From Hanamia sp. (lineage in GTDB: Bacteria > Bacteroidota > Bacteroidia > Chitinophagales > Chitinophagaceae), in the NCBI GenBank assembly GCA_035765495.1, contig DASTXM010000018.1, forward strand, positions 910 through 64,909: a DNA stretch of 64,000 bases. Direction: 5' to 3'. Positions 50,438 through 61,052 of the stretch are shown piece by piece. The notes below the pieces were generated by a model. The model did no database searches and was not told the DNA's origin. It worked only from the letters and a program-made list of their open reading frames with translations. Position numbers and translations under genes: made by a program. Each line of letters starts with the position of its first letter. Within the stretch, counting starts at the first letter, position 1.

Positions 50438-51490
50438 TTAGTTGAGCAGATTCTGCAATCTCTTTTTATTCAAAATGGTGATCACTCCATCTTTTATATC
50501 AATAAGCTTTTCATGTTTAAAATCTCCAAGTGTTCTTATCAAAGATTCAATCGCGGTTCCGGCAATCGTAGCAAGGTTATCCCTGGTAATATTGATCTCA
50601 AATTTCTCCTCACCGTTTTGGTATTTGTCACATAAACTGATCAGTGCATCTGCAACTTTCTTTCGCAAAGAGTTATAAGCAAGCGACAATAATTTGTCTT
50701 CGTGCTCACTTACATTCTTCGCAAGAAGTTGAATAAATTTCCTGCTCACTTCGTGGCTGCTGTCGAGAAGTTCTTCAAAATCGGCACGCGGAATGATGGC
50801 AAGTTCAGTTTCTTCCATCGCAACCGCCGATTGTTGATAATTCGTATTCTGCAATAAACCAATGTATCCGAGGAATTCATTTTCACCATAAAGCCCCGTT
50901 ACCAATTCTTTTCCAAAATCATTCGTTTTGTAGGTCTTCGCTTTTCCTTTAAGAATATAAAACAAACAAGTCGGCCGGTTTCCTTCCGAAAAAATTACCT
51001 GCTTTTTGCGGTATTTATTTACGTTCCTACCGGTCACTAATTCATTTAGCAAATCCTTTCCGGTGTGCACCTTCATCAAACTATGAAAACCATTTAACCC
51101 CATAAATTCTTCTTTCAGCAGTCTTGCTTTTTCAAGCCGGCATTCCACCGATTTCAACAGGTCACTTTCATTGAATGGTTTGGTAATGTAATCATCAGCA
51201 CCCAATTCCATTCCTTTCCGGAAATCTTCTTTTTCGGCCCTCGCAGTTAAAAAAATAAATGGAGTATTCTTCGTAGGGTGATTTTTTCGAAGCATGTGTA
51301 AAACACCATAGCCATCAAGAACAGGCATGGTAATATCACAAAGTATCAGATCTGGGTTTTCGCGCAAAGCTATTTCCACACCAACTTTCCCATTTTCCGC
51401 AGCAAATACCTTGTAATTTGCTAATTCCAATATCTCCAATGTATTTTCACGGATACTTTCATTATCTTCTATTATCAAGACTTTTTCCAT
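50438..51490 (-). CDS. Response regulator: receiver domain fused to Crp/FNR cNMP-binding-like and HTH domains
   Basis: IIEDN, LCDITMP (phospho-Asp), FLTA, KPF; IFSEG..FYILKG..GENEFLG; TRDNLATIAGTAIESLIRTL HTH. Confidence 0.92.
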   Translation of the reverse strand: MEKVLIIEDNESIRENTLEILELANYKVFAAENGKVGVEIALRENPDLILCDITMPVLDGYGVLHMLRKNHPTKNTPFIFLTARAEKEDFRKGMELGADDYITKPFNESDLLKSVECRLEKARLLKEEFMGLNGFHSLMKVHTGKDLLNELVTGRNVNKYRKKQVIFSEGNRPTCLFYILKGKAKTYKTNDFGKELVTGLYGENEFLGYIGLLQNTNYQQSAVAMEETELAIIPRADFEELLDSSHEVSRKFIQLLAKNVSEHEDKLLSLAYNSLRKKVADALISLCDKYQNGEEKFEINITRDNLATIAGTAIESLIRTLGDFKHEKLIDIKDGVITILNKKRLQNLLN

Positions 51491-51854
51491 AAACCAAATT
51501 TTAAGCTAAGAATTACGCGAACAGAAGACCAACTTCTAACGCAACTTTTTTCTAAAATTGCTCTCCACTGGCTAATAGGTCTTTCAAAATAAACAATATT
51601 GCTTTCAGAAAATATAGTAAGGGTGATAAACGCTGGCGGGAAAAATATTTCTTTAGGGAACAACTACTCTTCAAGTACCAGGTTTTGGAATTATCTCCCG
51701 ACAATGAAATATAAAGTTAAAATAAATGATTCAAATTGAAGTTTATTATCTCTCTAATGTCATTAATTTGTTATAAGCGGTCGATTTTTAGGAATTACTG
51801 CCAAGTTCGAATTTGAGTGGATAACAAAAATAAAGTGATTTGTTCATTTACTAC

Positions 51855-51888
51855 AAAAAAAATGGAGCACCAAACGAGGCGCTCCATT
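51855..51888 (-). terminator. Intrinsic terminator after M1 peptidase
   Basis: AATGGAGC...GCTCCATT stem with a T run on the minus strand. Confidence 0.78.
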
Positions 51889-51909
51889 GAATGATTTTCA
51901 GATTATGTT

Positions 51910-54507
51910 TTATTTAAAATCCGAGTCGGGTAATCCGCTGTTTATTTTAACATCATTTACCGTTAGCGGAATATCCACTTGTGAAGAAATTGTTTCCTGG
52001 AAAGGAAATTTAATTCCATTTACTTCCCTGTAATCAGAATAAGTAGTGGAAGAAGGATTGTCTCTGCTCACGCTTTCTTTTTTTATTTTTAAACCGGTAT
52101 TAGCATCAAAATATTCTTTGAGCTGACTTCCGGCTTTGGAAGAGATTGAAACAACATAAGCATCTTTGCCGTCCACTTGGGCAATCATTGGTTGCAAAGT
52201 CAACTGGTAACCTTCGTTTGAATAATTAGCTTCAGGAAAAGGAGAAGCACTTTCTTTTATTCTCTCACGTGCCTGGTCACTTAATTGTTGAGGTTGCCCC
52301 ATTGATGATATATTTACACTGTCTCCATTAACCAACACCTTTTGAACAACAGTATTTGAAGAAGTAAGTGTAATTGATTGGAGCAAATGATCCGGAGCTT
52401 TATATTTGTTGGTTAATTCAATTGATTGCCCTTGCACTTCACCGGTTGCTGTATAAGACAAATCTTTTACATCACTAACTTTATCTTTTCCACCAATTGC
52501 TTTCAAATAATTTTCAATGACTGTTTGTGCGGTAAGGCCTTGTGGAACTGGTTTCAGCGGTTCACCGGTATAAGTGTTGTTGGAAGGATCGATATCAGGG
52601 TAATCATGATCGGGATCTATTGTCACTTTTTTAATTGCTGAAGTAGAGGGATAATGGAAAGTCCACTCTCCTCCCCTTTGCCATATTTCAACCGGCAATT
52701 CTATTGAATCAGTTTTGCCGTTTTCCTGTTCAATCTTCATTGGCACCGGCAAAACCATTTGATCATTATTGACGATGGTTATCAAAGCACCTTTGGTTGG
52801 ATCATTATCAACATATTTTACATCTTTAACACCCTGGTCCAATTTTGAATTAGTGAAGAACCATCCTCTCCAGAAATAAGAAAGATCTTCGCCGCTCACG
52901 TTTTCCATTGTTCTGAAAAAATCCCATGGCGTTGGATGTTTGAAAGCCCAGCGGTCAATATAAATTCTAAATGCTGAGTCAAACCGTTCTTTGCCCAGGA
53001 TCTGGTTACGTAAAATATCGAGACCAGTACCTGGTTTTTCATAAGCCGCAATTCCCAAAAAGCTTTGTTGAGTAACATCCGGAATCGTCATGATGGCATC
53101 GGCATCACTCTTGAACATATAAGGCGCCATTTTTTGAACATCACTTTTTTCATCAAATTCTCCATTGTTAAATACTTTGGTATCCACGCCATTTATGAAA
53201 GTATTGAATCCTTCATCCATCCATGGGAATTTACGTTCGTTAGAACCGACGATCATCGGGAACCAGTTGTGACCAAACTCGTGGTTGGTTACGCCCCATA
53301 AACCGCCACCTGAACTTTTATAAGAACAAAACACGATGCCTGGATATTCCATTCCACCAACTATTCCGGCAACGTTGGTTGCAGAAGGATAAGTGAATTC
53401 ATACCATTCTTTGGAATACAATTCTATTGAGCCTTTCACAAATTCTGTTGATCTCTTCCACGCATCATCTTTTGCACTTTCAACAGGATAAACCGATTGT
53501 GCCAGGGCTTTTTTTCCGCTTGGTAAATTGATCCTTGCTGCGTCCCAGATAAAAGCTTTTGAAGCGGCCCATGCAACATCGCGTGTATTATTGCATACGA
53601 AGTGCCATGTGAGTGTTGATTTATTAGGATGATAAGAACTTCCTTTCAAATCATTTGCGCTAACTATTGTAACAGTCTTATCACTTTTCCTTGCCTGTTC
53701 CAGCCTGTTTCTTACCGTTGACGTTAAGCATTCTGCAGGATTTTGCAAAGAGCCTGAGCCAACAACGATCAGATTTGAGGGAGCTGTAACTGAATAATCA
53801 ATATTTCCGTATTCAAGATAAAACTCTCCTGCACCAAGGTAAGGAAGCGTGTTCCATCCTTCAATGTCGTCATATACACACATACGTGGAAACCATTGTG
53901 CAATTTCATAGATCCATCCATTTTGTGTATTTAACCTTCCCATCCTGTCTGTGCCGTATTGAGGAACAGAAAATGCATAATTGATTTTTAATTGAACAGT
54001 GCCGGTTTTTGCAGCTAATTTTTCTGGAAGCCAAACCTGCAGCCTGGTATCTGAAACTTTGTATTTGGCTTTCGTCGTTTTACCGTTCATTACAATATCT
54101 ACGGAATTCAATTCATCGCCTTGTGTAAAAGCACGGTTGGCCCAACGTCCACCCGAAATAAGTGTGGTTGCTTCAGCCCTGCTGTCTTCCCTGTAGATGT
54201 TTTGATCCAGTTGCAACCAAAGAAATTTCAAAGGATCGGGACTATTGTTTTTATAATTGATCACTACAGTTCCCGTTACTTTTTTTTCGGCTGTGTCAAG
54301 CTTTACATTTATTTTATAATCCGCCCGGTTTTGCCAATATGAAGGGCCGGGTTGTCCGCTGGCACTTCGGTATTCATTCCCATTTGAAGGATAGAAAAAT
54401 GGTGCAAAGGCTTCATGTTGATCATAATGCGAGCCGCTGTCTGATTGGGCAAATACAGCGCCACCCGCCATCATTAAGAAAAATGCAAACGTAGCTAATC
54501 TTTTCAT
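51910..54507 (-). CDS. Secreted M1 family metallopeptidase with extra C-terminal domain
   Basis: GGMEYP, HEFGHNW...WMDEG; C-terminal [15 protein letters not shown]...[13 protein letters not shown] domain. Confidence 0.9.
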   Translation of the reverse strand: MKRLATFAFFLMMAGGAVFAQSDSGSHYDQHEAFAPFFYPSNGNEYRSASGQPGPSYWQNRADYKINVKLDTAEKKVTGTVVINYKNNSPDPLKFLWLQLDQNIYREDSRAEATTLISGGRWANRAFTQGDELNSVDIVMNGKTTKAKYKVSDTRLQVWLPEKLAAKTGTVQLKINYAFSVPQYGTDRMGRLNTQNGWIYEIAQWFPRMCVYDDIEGWNTLPYLGAGEFYLEYGNIDYSVTAPSNLIVVGSGSLQNPAECLTSTVRNRLEQARKSDKTVTIVSANDLKGSSYHPNKSTLTWHFVCNNTRDVAWAASKAFIWDAARINLPSGKKALAQSVYPVESAKDDAWKRSTEFVKGSIELYSKEWYEFTYPSATNVAGIVGGMEYPGIVFCSYKSSGGGLWGVTNHEFGHNWFPMIVGSNERKFPWMDEGFNTFINGVDTKVFNNGEFDEKSDVQKMAPYMFKSDADAIMTIPDVTQQSFLGIAAYEKPGTGLDILRNQILGKERFDSAFRIYIDRWAFKHPTPWDFFRTMENVSGEDLSYFWRGWFFTNSKLDQGVKDVKYVDNDPTKGALITIVNNDQMVLPVPMKIEQENGKTDSIELPVEIWQRGGEWTFHYPSTSAIKKVTIDPDHDYPDIDPSNNTYTGEPLKPVPQGLTAQTVIENYLKAIGGKDKVSDVKDLSYTATGEVQGQSIELTNKYKAPDHLLQSITLTSSNTVVQKVLVNGDSVNISSMGQPQQLSDQARERIKESASPFPEANYSNEGYQLTLQPMIAQVDGKDAYVVSISSKAGSQLKEYFDANTGLKIKKESVSRDNPSSTTYSDYREVNGIKFPFQETISSQVDIPLTVNDVKINSGLPDSDFK

Positions 54508-54707
54508 AATTAATTTTTTAAAGGGGTGAAGTTATAATATTTCAATTTTCTTAAGGGTGAATTTATATAAGTGGTCTAATAATATTAAATCACGAATCGA
54601 AACATTTGTCGAAATAAAGTTTCGATTAAAAAGAAAGAATTCAACAGTAAAGCAACATTTATTGATATTTTTTATTTCTCCTATAATTTGTTTTTATTAT
54701 TCTAATA

Positions 54708-54771
54708 TGACCTCCATCATAAAAGTGAGTGCCCTGAATCAGTTTTTCTGCCTCCGATAATTTCTACTTTG
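54708..54771 (+). promoter_or_regulatory. Tandem CRP/FNR-type box promoter of PFOR operon
   Basis: TGACCTCCATCA (54708) and TGCCCTGAATCA (54730); 22 nt gap; CTACTTTG. Confidence 0.7.
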
Positions 54772-54806
54772 CTTAAGAATATTTATTTCACTTTTCATTT
54801 GAAATT

Positions 54807-56438
54807 ATGTTTGATATTACCAAACCTGTTGATCTCACACTTCATGCTGAAGGAACAGGCCCAAAAAGACTTCGCCGCCCGGTTTACATGGATTTCATGC
54901 CGCCATGCAACAGCGCTTGTCCTGCCGGAGAAAATATCCAGGCATGGATGGCGTATGCACAAAGCGGAAATTATTTCGAAGCATTTCAAACCATTGCAGA
55001 AGACAATCCCTTTCCGGCTATCATGGGCCGCGTGTGTGTAAAACCGTGCGAGACCGGTTGCAACCGTTCGCATATTGATACCGCAGTAAGCATTCATGCT
55101 GTAGAAAGATTTATCGGCGATCAAGCGCTCAAACAAAAATGGCAGATAAATTTTTCTGCAACGCCAACTGGTAAAAGAGTGATGGTTGTAGGTGCTGGTC
55201 CGGGCGGATTATCAGCTGCTTACCATCTTACAAGGATGGGACATACTGTTGAAGTTTTTGATGCAGGTGAAACTGCGGGTGGCCTTCTCGCTTCAGGTGT
55301 TCCTGACTATCGATTGCCTAAAGAAATTCTTGAAGAAGAAATAAACAGGATCACAAACCTTGGCATTAAAATTCATTTGAATCATAAGGTTACAGATGTG
55401 GTAAAAGAAAAAGAGGATGGAAAATTTGATGCAGTTTTTCTTTCGATTGGAGCAGAACTGATAAAGAACGAAAGTTTCCAAAACGATGATTCTATCTACA
55501 TTTCAGATGCATTCTCTTTTTTTAAATCAATGAAAACTGATCCTTCATTTTTTGAAGGAAAGAAAGTTGTGGTTTATGGAGGTGGCAAGCTCGCTTTATA
55601 TCTTTCAAGGATCATCAAAAGATTCGGGTCTGAGGTTTCAGTTTATTTTGCCGGCGATAAAAAAATGATGCCGGCTTATGATTATGAAACTGAGGATGCC
55701 CTTGCAGAAGGTGTTCACATTAACCTTTTAAAAAGTATCACAAAGACACAGGATAAAAAAATCACTCTTGAAACAATGAAGGTGGAAAAGGGAAAGGCAA
55801 TTGGTACTAATGAATTTGAAACTGTTGATGCCGATGTGTTGATCATTGCCAATCGCCAGGAAACCGATTCGTCCTTTTTAAGATCTCTCCCCGGCATTGT
55901 TATCCATGAAGACGGAACAGTAAAAATTGATGCACAAAGAATGACAGGTTATGAAGGAATTTTTGCCGGCGGCGACATGTTGCCGGGTGAAAACCGGAGT
56001 TCAACAATCGCAATTGGGCATGGCAAAAAGGCGGCAAAATATATTGATGGTTACCTGAAACAACAACCGTATGAAAAGCCTGAGAAACACCAAACAGCAA
56101 GCTACAAGAAGCTACACATGTGGTACAAAACTGATGCTCCCCAAAAGGAACAAGACAAACTTGCACCCGCAATTGCCATTCAGAGTTTTGATGAAGTAAT
56201 CGCCGGCTTATCAGAAGCTGAGGCAAGGTTTGAAGCACAAAGATGTCTTAGTTGCGGAAACTGTTTTGAATGTGACGGATGCTTTGGAGCATGTCCCGAA
56301 GACGCAATTATTAAATTAGGAAAAGGCAACCGCTATAAATTCAATTATGATGCATGTACCGGTTGTGCTGTTTGCTATGAGCAATGTCCATCTCACGCTA
56401 TTGAAATGATTCCAGAACCTGTTAATACGATAAACTGA
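54807..56438 (+). CDS. GltD/PreT-like FAD-NAD(P) oxidoreductase with C-terminal 2x[4Fe-4S] domain
   Basis: PCNSACP, GRVC..PCE..C, GAGPGG, FAGGD, CLSCGNCFECDGC..CP, CTGCAVC..CP. Confidence 0.88.
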   Translation: MFDITKPVDLTLHAEGTGPKRLRRPVYMDFMPPCNSACPAGENIQAWMAYAQSGNYFEAFQTIAEDNPFPAIMGRVCVKPCETGCNRSHIDTAVSIHAVERFIGDQALKQKWQINFSATPTGKRVMVVGAGPGGLSAAYHLTRMGHTVEVFDAGETAGGLLASGVPDYRLPKEILEEEINRITNLGIKIHLNHKVTDVVKEKEDGKFDAVFLSIGAELIKNESFQNDDSIYISDAFSFFKSMKTDPSFFEGKKVVVYGGGKLALYLSRIIKRFGSEVSVYFAGDKKMMPAYDYETEDALAEGVHINLLKSITKTQDKKITLETMKVEKGKAIGTNEFETVDADVLIIANRQETDSSFLRSLPGIVIHEDGTVKIDAQRMTGYEGIFAGGDMLPGENRSSTIAIGHGKKAAKYIDGYLKQQPYEKPEKHQTASYKKLHMWYKTDAPQKEQDKLAPAIAIQSFDEVIAGLSEAEARFEAQRCLSCGNCFECDGCFGACPEDAIIKLGKGNRYKFNYDACTGCAVCYEQCPSHAIEMIPEPVNTIN

Positions 56439-59400
56439 TGTCAAGTAACCAAAAAATAATTTCAACTATTGATGGAAATGAAGCCGCTGCATATGTTGCT
56501 TACCGAACCAATGAAGTTTGTGCAATCTACCCCATCACGCCAAGTTCTGCAATGGCTGAATTGGCAGATGAATGGGCTTCTAAAGAAATAAAAAATATAT
56601 GGGGCGGAATTCCAAAGGTGATGGAAATGCAGAGTGAAGGCGGTGCGGCGGGAACTGTTCATGGAGCCTTGCAAACCGGCTCTTTAACCACCACATTTAC
56701 AGCATCACAAGGATTGATGCTGATGTTGCCAAACATGTATAAAATTGCCGGTGAACTTACTCCCACCGTTTTTCATGTAGCAGCACGTTCACTTGCCGCG
56801 CAGGCGCTTTCCATTTTTGGCGATCATCAGGATGTAATGGCAGCAAGGACTACAGGCTTTGCTTTATTAAGTTCAGCAAGTGTGCAGGAAGCGCATGACT
56901 TTGCATTGATTGCACAAGCAACTACATTAAAATCAAGGATTCCCATTGTTCATTTTTTTGACGGCTTCCGTACTTCTCACGAGGTAAATAAACTCGAACT
57001 TCTTTCTGATGAACAAATAAGATCGATGATCGATGATGAGTTAGTGATTGCACACAGGAAAAGAGGATTGAATCCGGAAAATCCATTTATAAGAGGTACT
57101 GCACAAAATCCCGATGTTTATTTCCAGGGAAGAGAAACAATAAATGCTTACTACAACAAAATGCCTGCGATCGTCGAAGAGGTGATGAACGATTACACAA
57201 AAATGACCGGCAGAAATTACCATTCGTTTCAATACACAGGCGATGCAAATGCAGAACGTGTTATTATTATTATGGGCTCTGCCGGTGAGACGGTAACAGA
57301 AACTGTAAAAGCCTTAAATGAAGCAGGAGAAAAAACCGGCGTCATTCAAATCCGTTTATACCGTCCATTCTCTTTGCAACATTTCTTGAAAGCTTTACCG
57401 GCTTCCACAAAATCAATTGCTGTTCTGGACAGGACGAAAGAAGCAGGCTCATCAGGGGAACCGATTTACCAGGATGTATTGTCTTCCCTGGTTGAAGCTT
57501 TCCAGGAAGGTCAATTGAAAAATATTCCCAAAATAATTGGAGGGAGGTATGGTCTTTCATCCAAAGAATTTACACCGGCGATGGTGAAAGCAGTATTTGA
57601 TGAATTGAAAAAAGATATTCCAAAAAACAATTTCACGATTGGCATCAATGATGATGTAACGCACACGAGCATTGATTTCGATCCTTCTTTTACCTTAGAT
57701 GAATCTGAATGGCGTCAAGGTTTGTTCTTTGGTTTGGGTGCTGATGGAACTGTTGGTGCCAATAAAAACACCATCAAGATCATCGGGGAAAATACTGATC
57801 TCTTTGCGCAAGGATATTTTGTTTACGATTCAAAAAAATCAGGAGCAAGAACCGTTTCACATTTACGTTTCGGTCCAAATCCTATTCGCGCACCTTATCT
57901 CATCACCAAAGCAGATTTTATTGCCTGCCATCAATTCAATTTTATTGAAAAAGTGGAGATGCTTGATTTTGCAAAAGAAGGAGCTACCTTTTTATTAAAC
58001 AGTCCTTATGACAAAGATGATGTATGGCACAAATTGCCGGGGCAAGTTCAGCAGGCGATCGTTGAAAAGAAACTGAAATTTTTTGTGATCGATGCTACAT
58101 CTGTAGCGCGTGATACAGGCATGGGAACGCGCATCAATACCATTATGCAAACATGCTATTTTGCCTTGTCAGGGGTTTTGCCACGGGAAGATGCAATAAA
58201 GAAAATCAAAAAGGCGATTGAAAAAACTTATTTCAAAAAAGGTCAAAATGTGATCGATAAAAATTTCAAGGCAGTTGATTCAACATTGGAGCATTTGTAT
58301 GAAGTACATTATCCCCAAAAAGTTTCTACCGCTTTTCACGAATTATTAAACCTGCCTAAAGACGTTCCCGATTTTGTCAAAAGTGTAACTTCTGTAATGA
58401 TGGCCGATCATGGCAATGAATTACCGGTTAGTGCGATGCCCGTTGATGGAACCTACCCAAGTGGAACTACGCAATATGAAAAGAGAAATGTTTCTGATCT
58501 TGTTGCCTCGTGGGAGCCGGATCTTTGCATTCAATGTGGGAACTGCGCTTATGTTTGTCCGCACAGTGTTATAAGGTCTAAGTTTTATCATATTGATTAT
58601 TTGGAAGAAGCACCTGAAGGATTTAAGCATGCTCCTATTAATGCAAGAGGATTTCCTGAAACGCAATACACTTTACAGGTTTATCTTGAAGATTGTACAG
58701 GTTGCAATTTGTGCACAGAAGCTTGTCCTGTGATACAACAGGGAAATCCATCATTAAAAGCAATAAATCTTACCGACAAAGAACCGGTCATTGAAAAAGA
58801 AAAAGAGAACATCCGGTTTTTTGAAACCATTGATTGGAACGATCGTTCAAGAATAGATTTTTCTACAGTTCATGGTGCTCAATTCCTCGAACCTTTATTT
58901 GAATTTTCGGGCGCTTGTGCGGGATGTGGAGAAACACCTTATCTCAAATTGTTGTCACAACTTTTTGGAGAAAGATTATTGGTTGCCAACGCAACAGGAT
59001 GCTCCTCAATTTATGGAGGCAATCTTCCAACGACTCCCTGGACGAAAAACAAACAGGGCCGTGGACCTGCATGGTCAAATTCACTTTTTGAAGACAATGC
59101 CGAATTTGGCCTGGGAATGAGAATTACTGCGGACAATCAACTTGAAATTGCAAAAAAATATTTGATTGAATTAAAAGAGAAGCTTGGAGAAAGTTTTGTG
59201 AGCGAAATTCTTGATGCCAACCAAATCCAGGAGTCTGAGTTGGTCGCACAACAACTACGTGTACAAACTTTAAAAGAAAAATTAAAGGCGATCAATTCTC
59301 CTGCAGCGGCACATTTACTTTCAGTCTGCGACCAGTTTGTTCGCAGAAGTGTTTGGTTGGTTGGTGGTGATGGTTGGGCTTATGATATCGGTTATGGGGG

Positions 59401-60013
59401 CCTTGATCATGCATTAGCAAGTGGAAGAAATATTAAGATTCTCGTTTTAGACACAGAAGTATATTCAAATACCGGCGGCCAATCTTCCAAGGCGACACCT
59501 GCAGCCGCAACTGCAAAATTTGCTGCCGCAGGAAAACCGGGAGGCAAGAAAGATCTTGCAATGCAAGCAATCTCTTACGGAAATGTTTATGTTGCGCGAG
59601 TAGCTTTAGGTGCCAATCCGCAACAAACATTGCTGGCTATGCGCGAAGCGGAAGCGTATGACGGACCTGCACTCATTTTGGCTTACAGTCATTGCATCGC
59701 ACATGGATATGATTTAAAATATGGATTGCAGCAGCAAAACAAAGCCGTTGCTTCGGGTCATTGGCCATTGATGAGATACAATCCGACATTGAGAAGGAAG
59801 AATCAAAATCCATTTGTGCTTGATTCTCCAAGACCCACAATTCCTTTAAAGGACTATGCTTATAATGAACTTAGATACAAAGTACTGACAGTTACTCATG
59901 CTGAGGAAGCTGAAAAGCTGATGCAACATGCACAGGAATTGGTAAACCTTAAATGGAAAAACTATGAAGAACTGGCCACTAAAAAGGCAAGTGATTTTGT
60001 TCCGGTAGCATAA
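56438..60013 (+). CDS. nifJ: Pyruvate:ferredoxin (flavodoxin) oxidoreductase
   Basis: YPITPS, EMQSEGGAAG, GLGADGTVGAN, two 4Fe-4S motifs, GGDGWAYDIG. Confidence 0.96.
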   Translation: MSSNQKIISTIDGNEAAAYVAYRTNEVCAIYPITPSSAMAELADEWASKEIKNIWGGIPKVMEMQSEGGAAGTVHGALQTGSLTTTFTASQGLMLMLPNMYKIAGELTPTVFHVAARSLAAQALSIFGDHQDVMAARTTGFALLSSASVQEAHDFALIAQATTLKSRIPIVHFFDGFRTSHEVNKLELLSDEQIRSMIDDELVIAHRKRGLNPENPFIRGTAQNPDVYFQGRETINAYYNKMPAIVEEVMNDYTKMTGRNYHSFQYTGDANAERVIIIMGSAGETVTETVKALNEAGEKTGVIQIRLYRPFSLQHFLKALPASTKSIAVLDRTKEAGSSGEPIYQDVLSSLVEAFQEGQLKNIPKIIGGRYGLSSKEFTPAMVKAVFDELKKDIPKNNFTIGINDDVTHTSIDFDPSFTLDESEWRQGLFFGLGADGTVGANKNTIKIIGENTDLFAQGYFVYDSKKSGARTVSHLRFGPNPIRAPYLITKADFIACHQFNFIEKVEMLDFAKEGATFLLNSPYDKDDVWHKLPGQVQQAIVEKKLKFFVIDATSVARDTGMGTRINTIMQTCYFALSGVLPREDAIKKIKKAIEKTYFKKGQNVIDKNFKAVDSTLEHLYEVHYPQKVSTAFHELLNLPKDVPDFVKSVTSVMMADHGNELPVSAMPVDGTYPSGTTQYEKRNVSDLVASWEPDLCIQCGNCAYVCPHSVIRSKFYHIDYLEEAPEGFKHAPINARGFPETQYTLQVYLEDCTGCNLCTEACPVIQQGNPSLKAINLTDKEPVIEKEKENIRFFETIDWNDRSRIDFSTVHGAQFLEPLFEFSGACAGCGETPYLKLLSQLFGERLLVANATGCSSIYGGNLPTTPWTKNKQGRGPAWSNSLFEDNAEFGLGMRITADNQLEIAKKYLIELKEKLGESFVSEILDANQIQESELVAQQLRVQTLKEKLKAINSPAAAHLLSVCDQFVRRSVWLVGGDGWAYDIGYGGLDHALASGRNIKILVLDTEVYSNTGGQSSKATPAAATAKFAAAGKPGGKKDLAMQAISYGNVYVARVALGANPQQTLLAMREAEAYDGPALILAYSHCIAHGYDLKYGLQQQNKAVASGHWPLMRYNPTLRRKNQNPFVLDSPRPTIPLKDYAYNELRYKVLTVTHAEEAEKLMQHAQELVNLKWKNYEELATKKASDFVPVA

Positions 60014-60028
60014 TAAAAATTTACAATT

Positions 60029-61015
60029 ATGAAAACAGATGTAACTTACATGGGAATAAAATTGAATTCCCCCATTGTAGTGTCAGCGTGCACTTTATCT
60101 GAAAAAACAGACAACATAATGGTTATGGAAGATAGTGGTGCCGGAGCTGTTGTAATGTTTTCATTGTTTGAAGAACAGATTAAAAAAGAAGAAGCAGAAT
60201 TTGCGCGCGCATTATTGCAAACATCAAATTCCTTTGCTGAAGCCCGTGATTTTTTCCCTACTCATGAATATGCGGTAACTACAGATGCCTATCTTGAAAA
60301 CATACGAAAAGCAAAAGAAAGAGTACACATTCCAATAATTGCTAGCCTCAACGGAATTACCAATGAAGGCTGGATCTATTATTCGAAACTGCTTGAGCAA
60401 GCCGGTGCAGATGCAATTGAAGTAAACGTATTTTTTATTCCGGGCGAAATTGAAATGTCATCATCTGAAGTGGAACATCGTTATCTGAATATTATTGACA
60501 GCATTAAAGACACCATAAAAATTCCAGTTGCTGTAAAACTCAATCCTTATTTTAGTGCGATGGGAAATATGGCTTATCGAATGAAGAAAGCCGGTGCGGA
60601 TGGCCTTGTATTATTCAACCGTTTTTACCAACCCGATTTTGATATAAATGAACTTAGCATTAAAACCGATTTGATCTATAGCGAATCAAGTGAGATAAGG
60701 TTGCCATTACTTTGGATTGCGTTGCTTTATAGCAAAGTAAATATTTCCCTTGCTGCAACCACTGGCGTACAAAGTGCCGTAGAAGTGATCAAATATATTT
60801 TGGCTGGCGCCGATGTCGTAATGACGGCTTCCTCATTATACAAAAACGGAATTAAGCACCTGGAAAAAATGAACATGCATCTCAGAAACTGGATGTCACG
60901 AATGGGCTTTGATGATATTCATTCATTTAAGGGAAAGTTAAGCCAGCAGTATGTTTACGACCCAACGATTTATGAAAGAACCAACTATATCAAGATACTC
61001 GGCGGCATGAGATAA
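60029..61015 (+). CDS. Dihydroorotate dehydrogenase-like FMN protein
   Basis: GAGAVVMFSLFEEQI, PIIASLNG, PVAVKL, GLVLFNRF, LAGAD. Confidence 0.85.
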   Translation: MKTDVTYMGIKLNSPIVVSACTLSEKTDNIMVMEDSGAGAVVMFSLFEEQIKKEEAEFARALLQTSNSFAEARDFFPTHEYAVTTDAYLENIRKAKERVHIPIIASLNGITNEGWIYYSKLLEQAGADAIEVNVFFIPGEIEMSSSEVEHRYLNIIDSIKDTIKIPVAVKLNPYFSAMGNMAYRMKKAGADGLVLFNRFYQPDFDINELSIKTDLIYSESSEIRLPLLWIALLYSKVNISLAATTGVQSAVEVIKYILAGADVVMTASSLYKNGIKHLEKMNMHLRNWMSRMGFDDIHSFKGKLSQQYVYDPTIYERTNYIKILGGMR

Positions 61016-61052
61016 GTAATTTACATCCTTCAGCGTCATAAAAAAAAATTGA

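Noticed and set aside
51475-51663. 62-aa ORF upstream of the REC-Crp regulator as a kinase remnant
   Set aside because: No recognisable kinase motifs; TTG start; overlaps the regulator start
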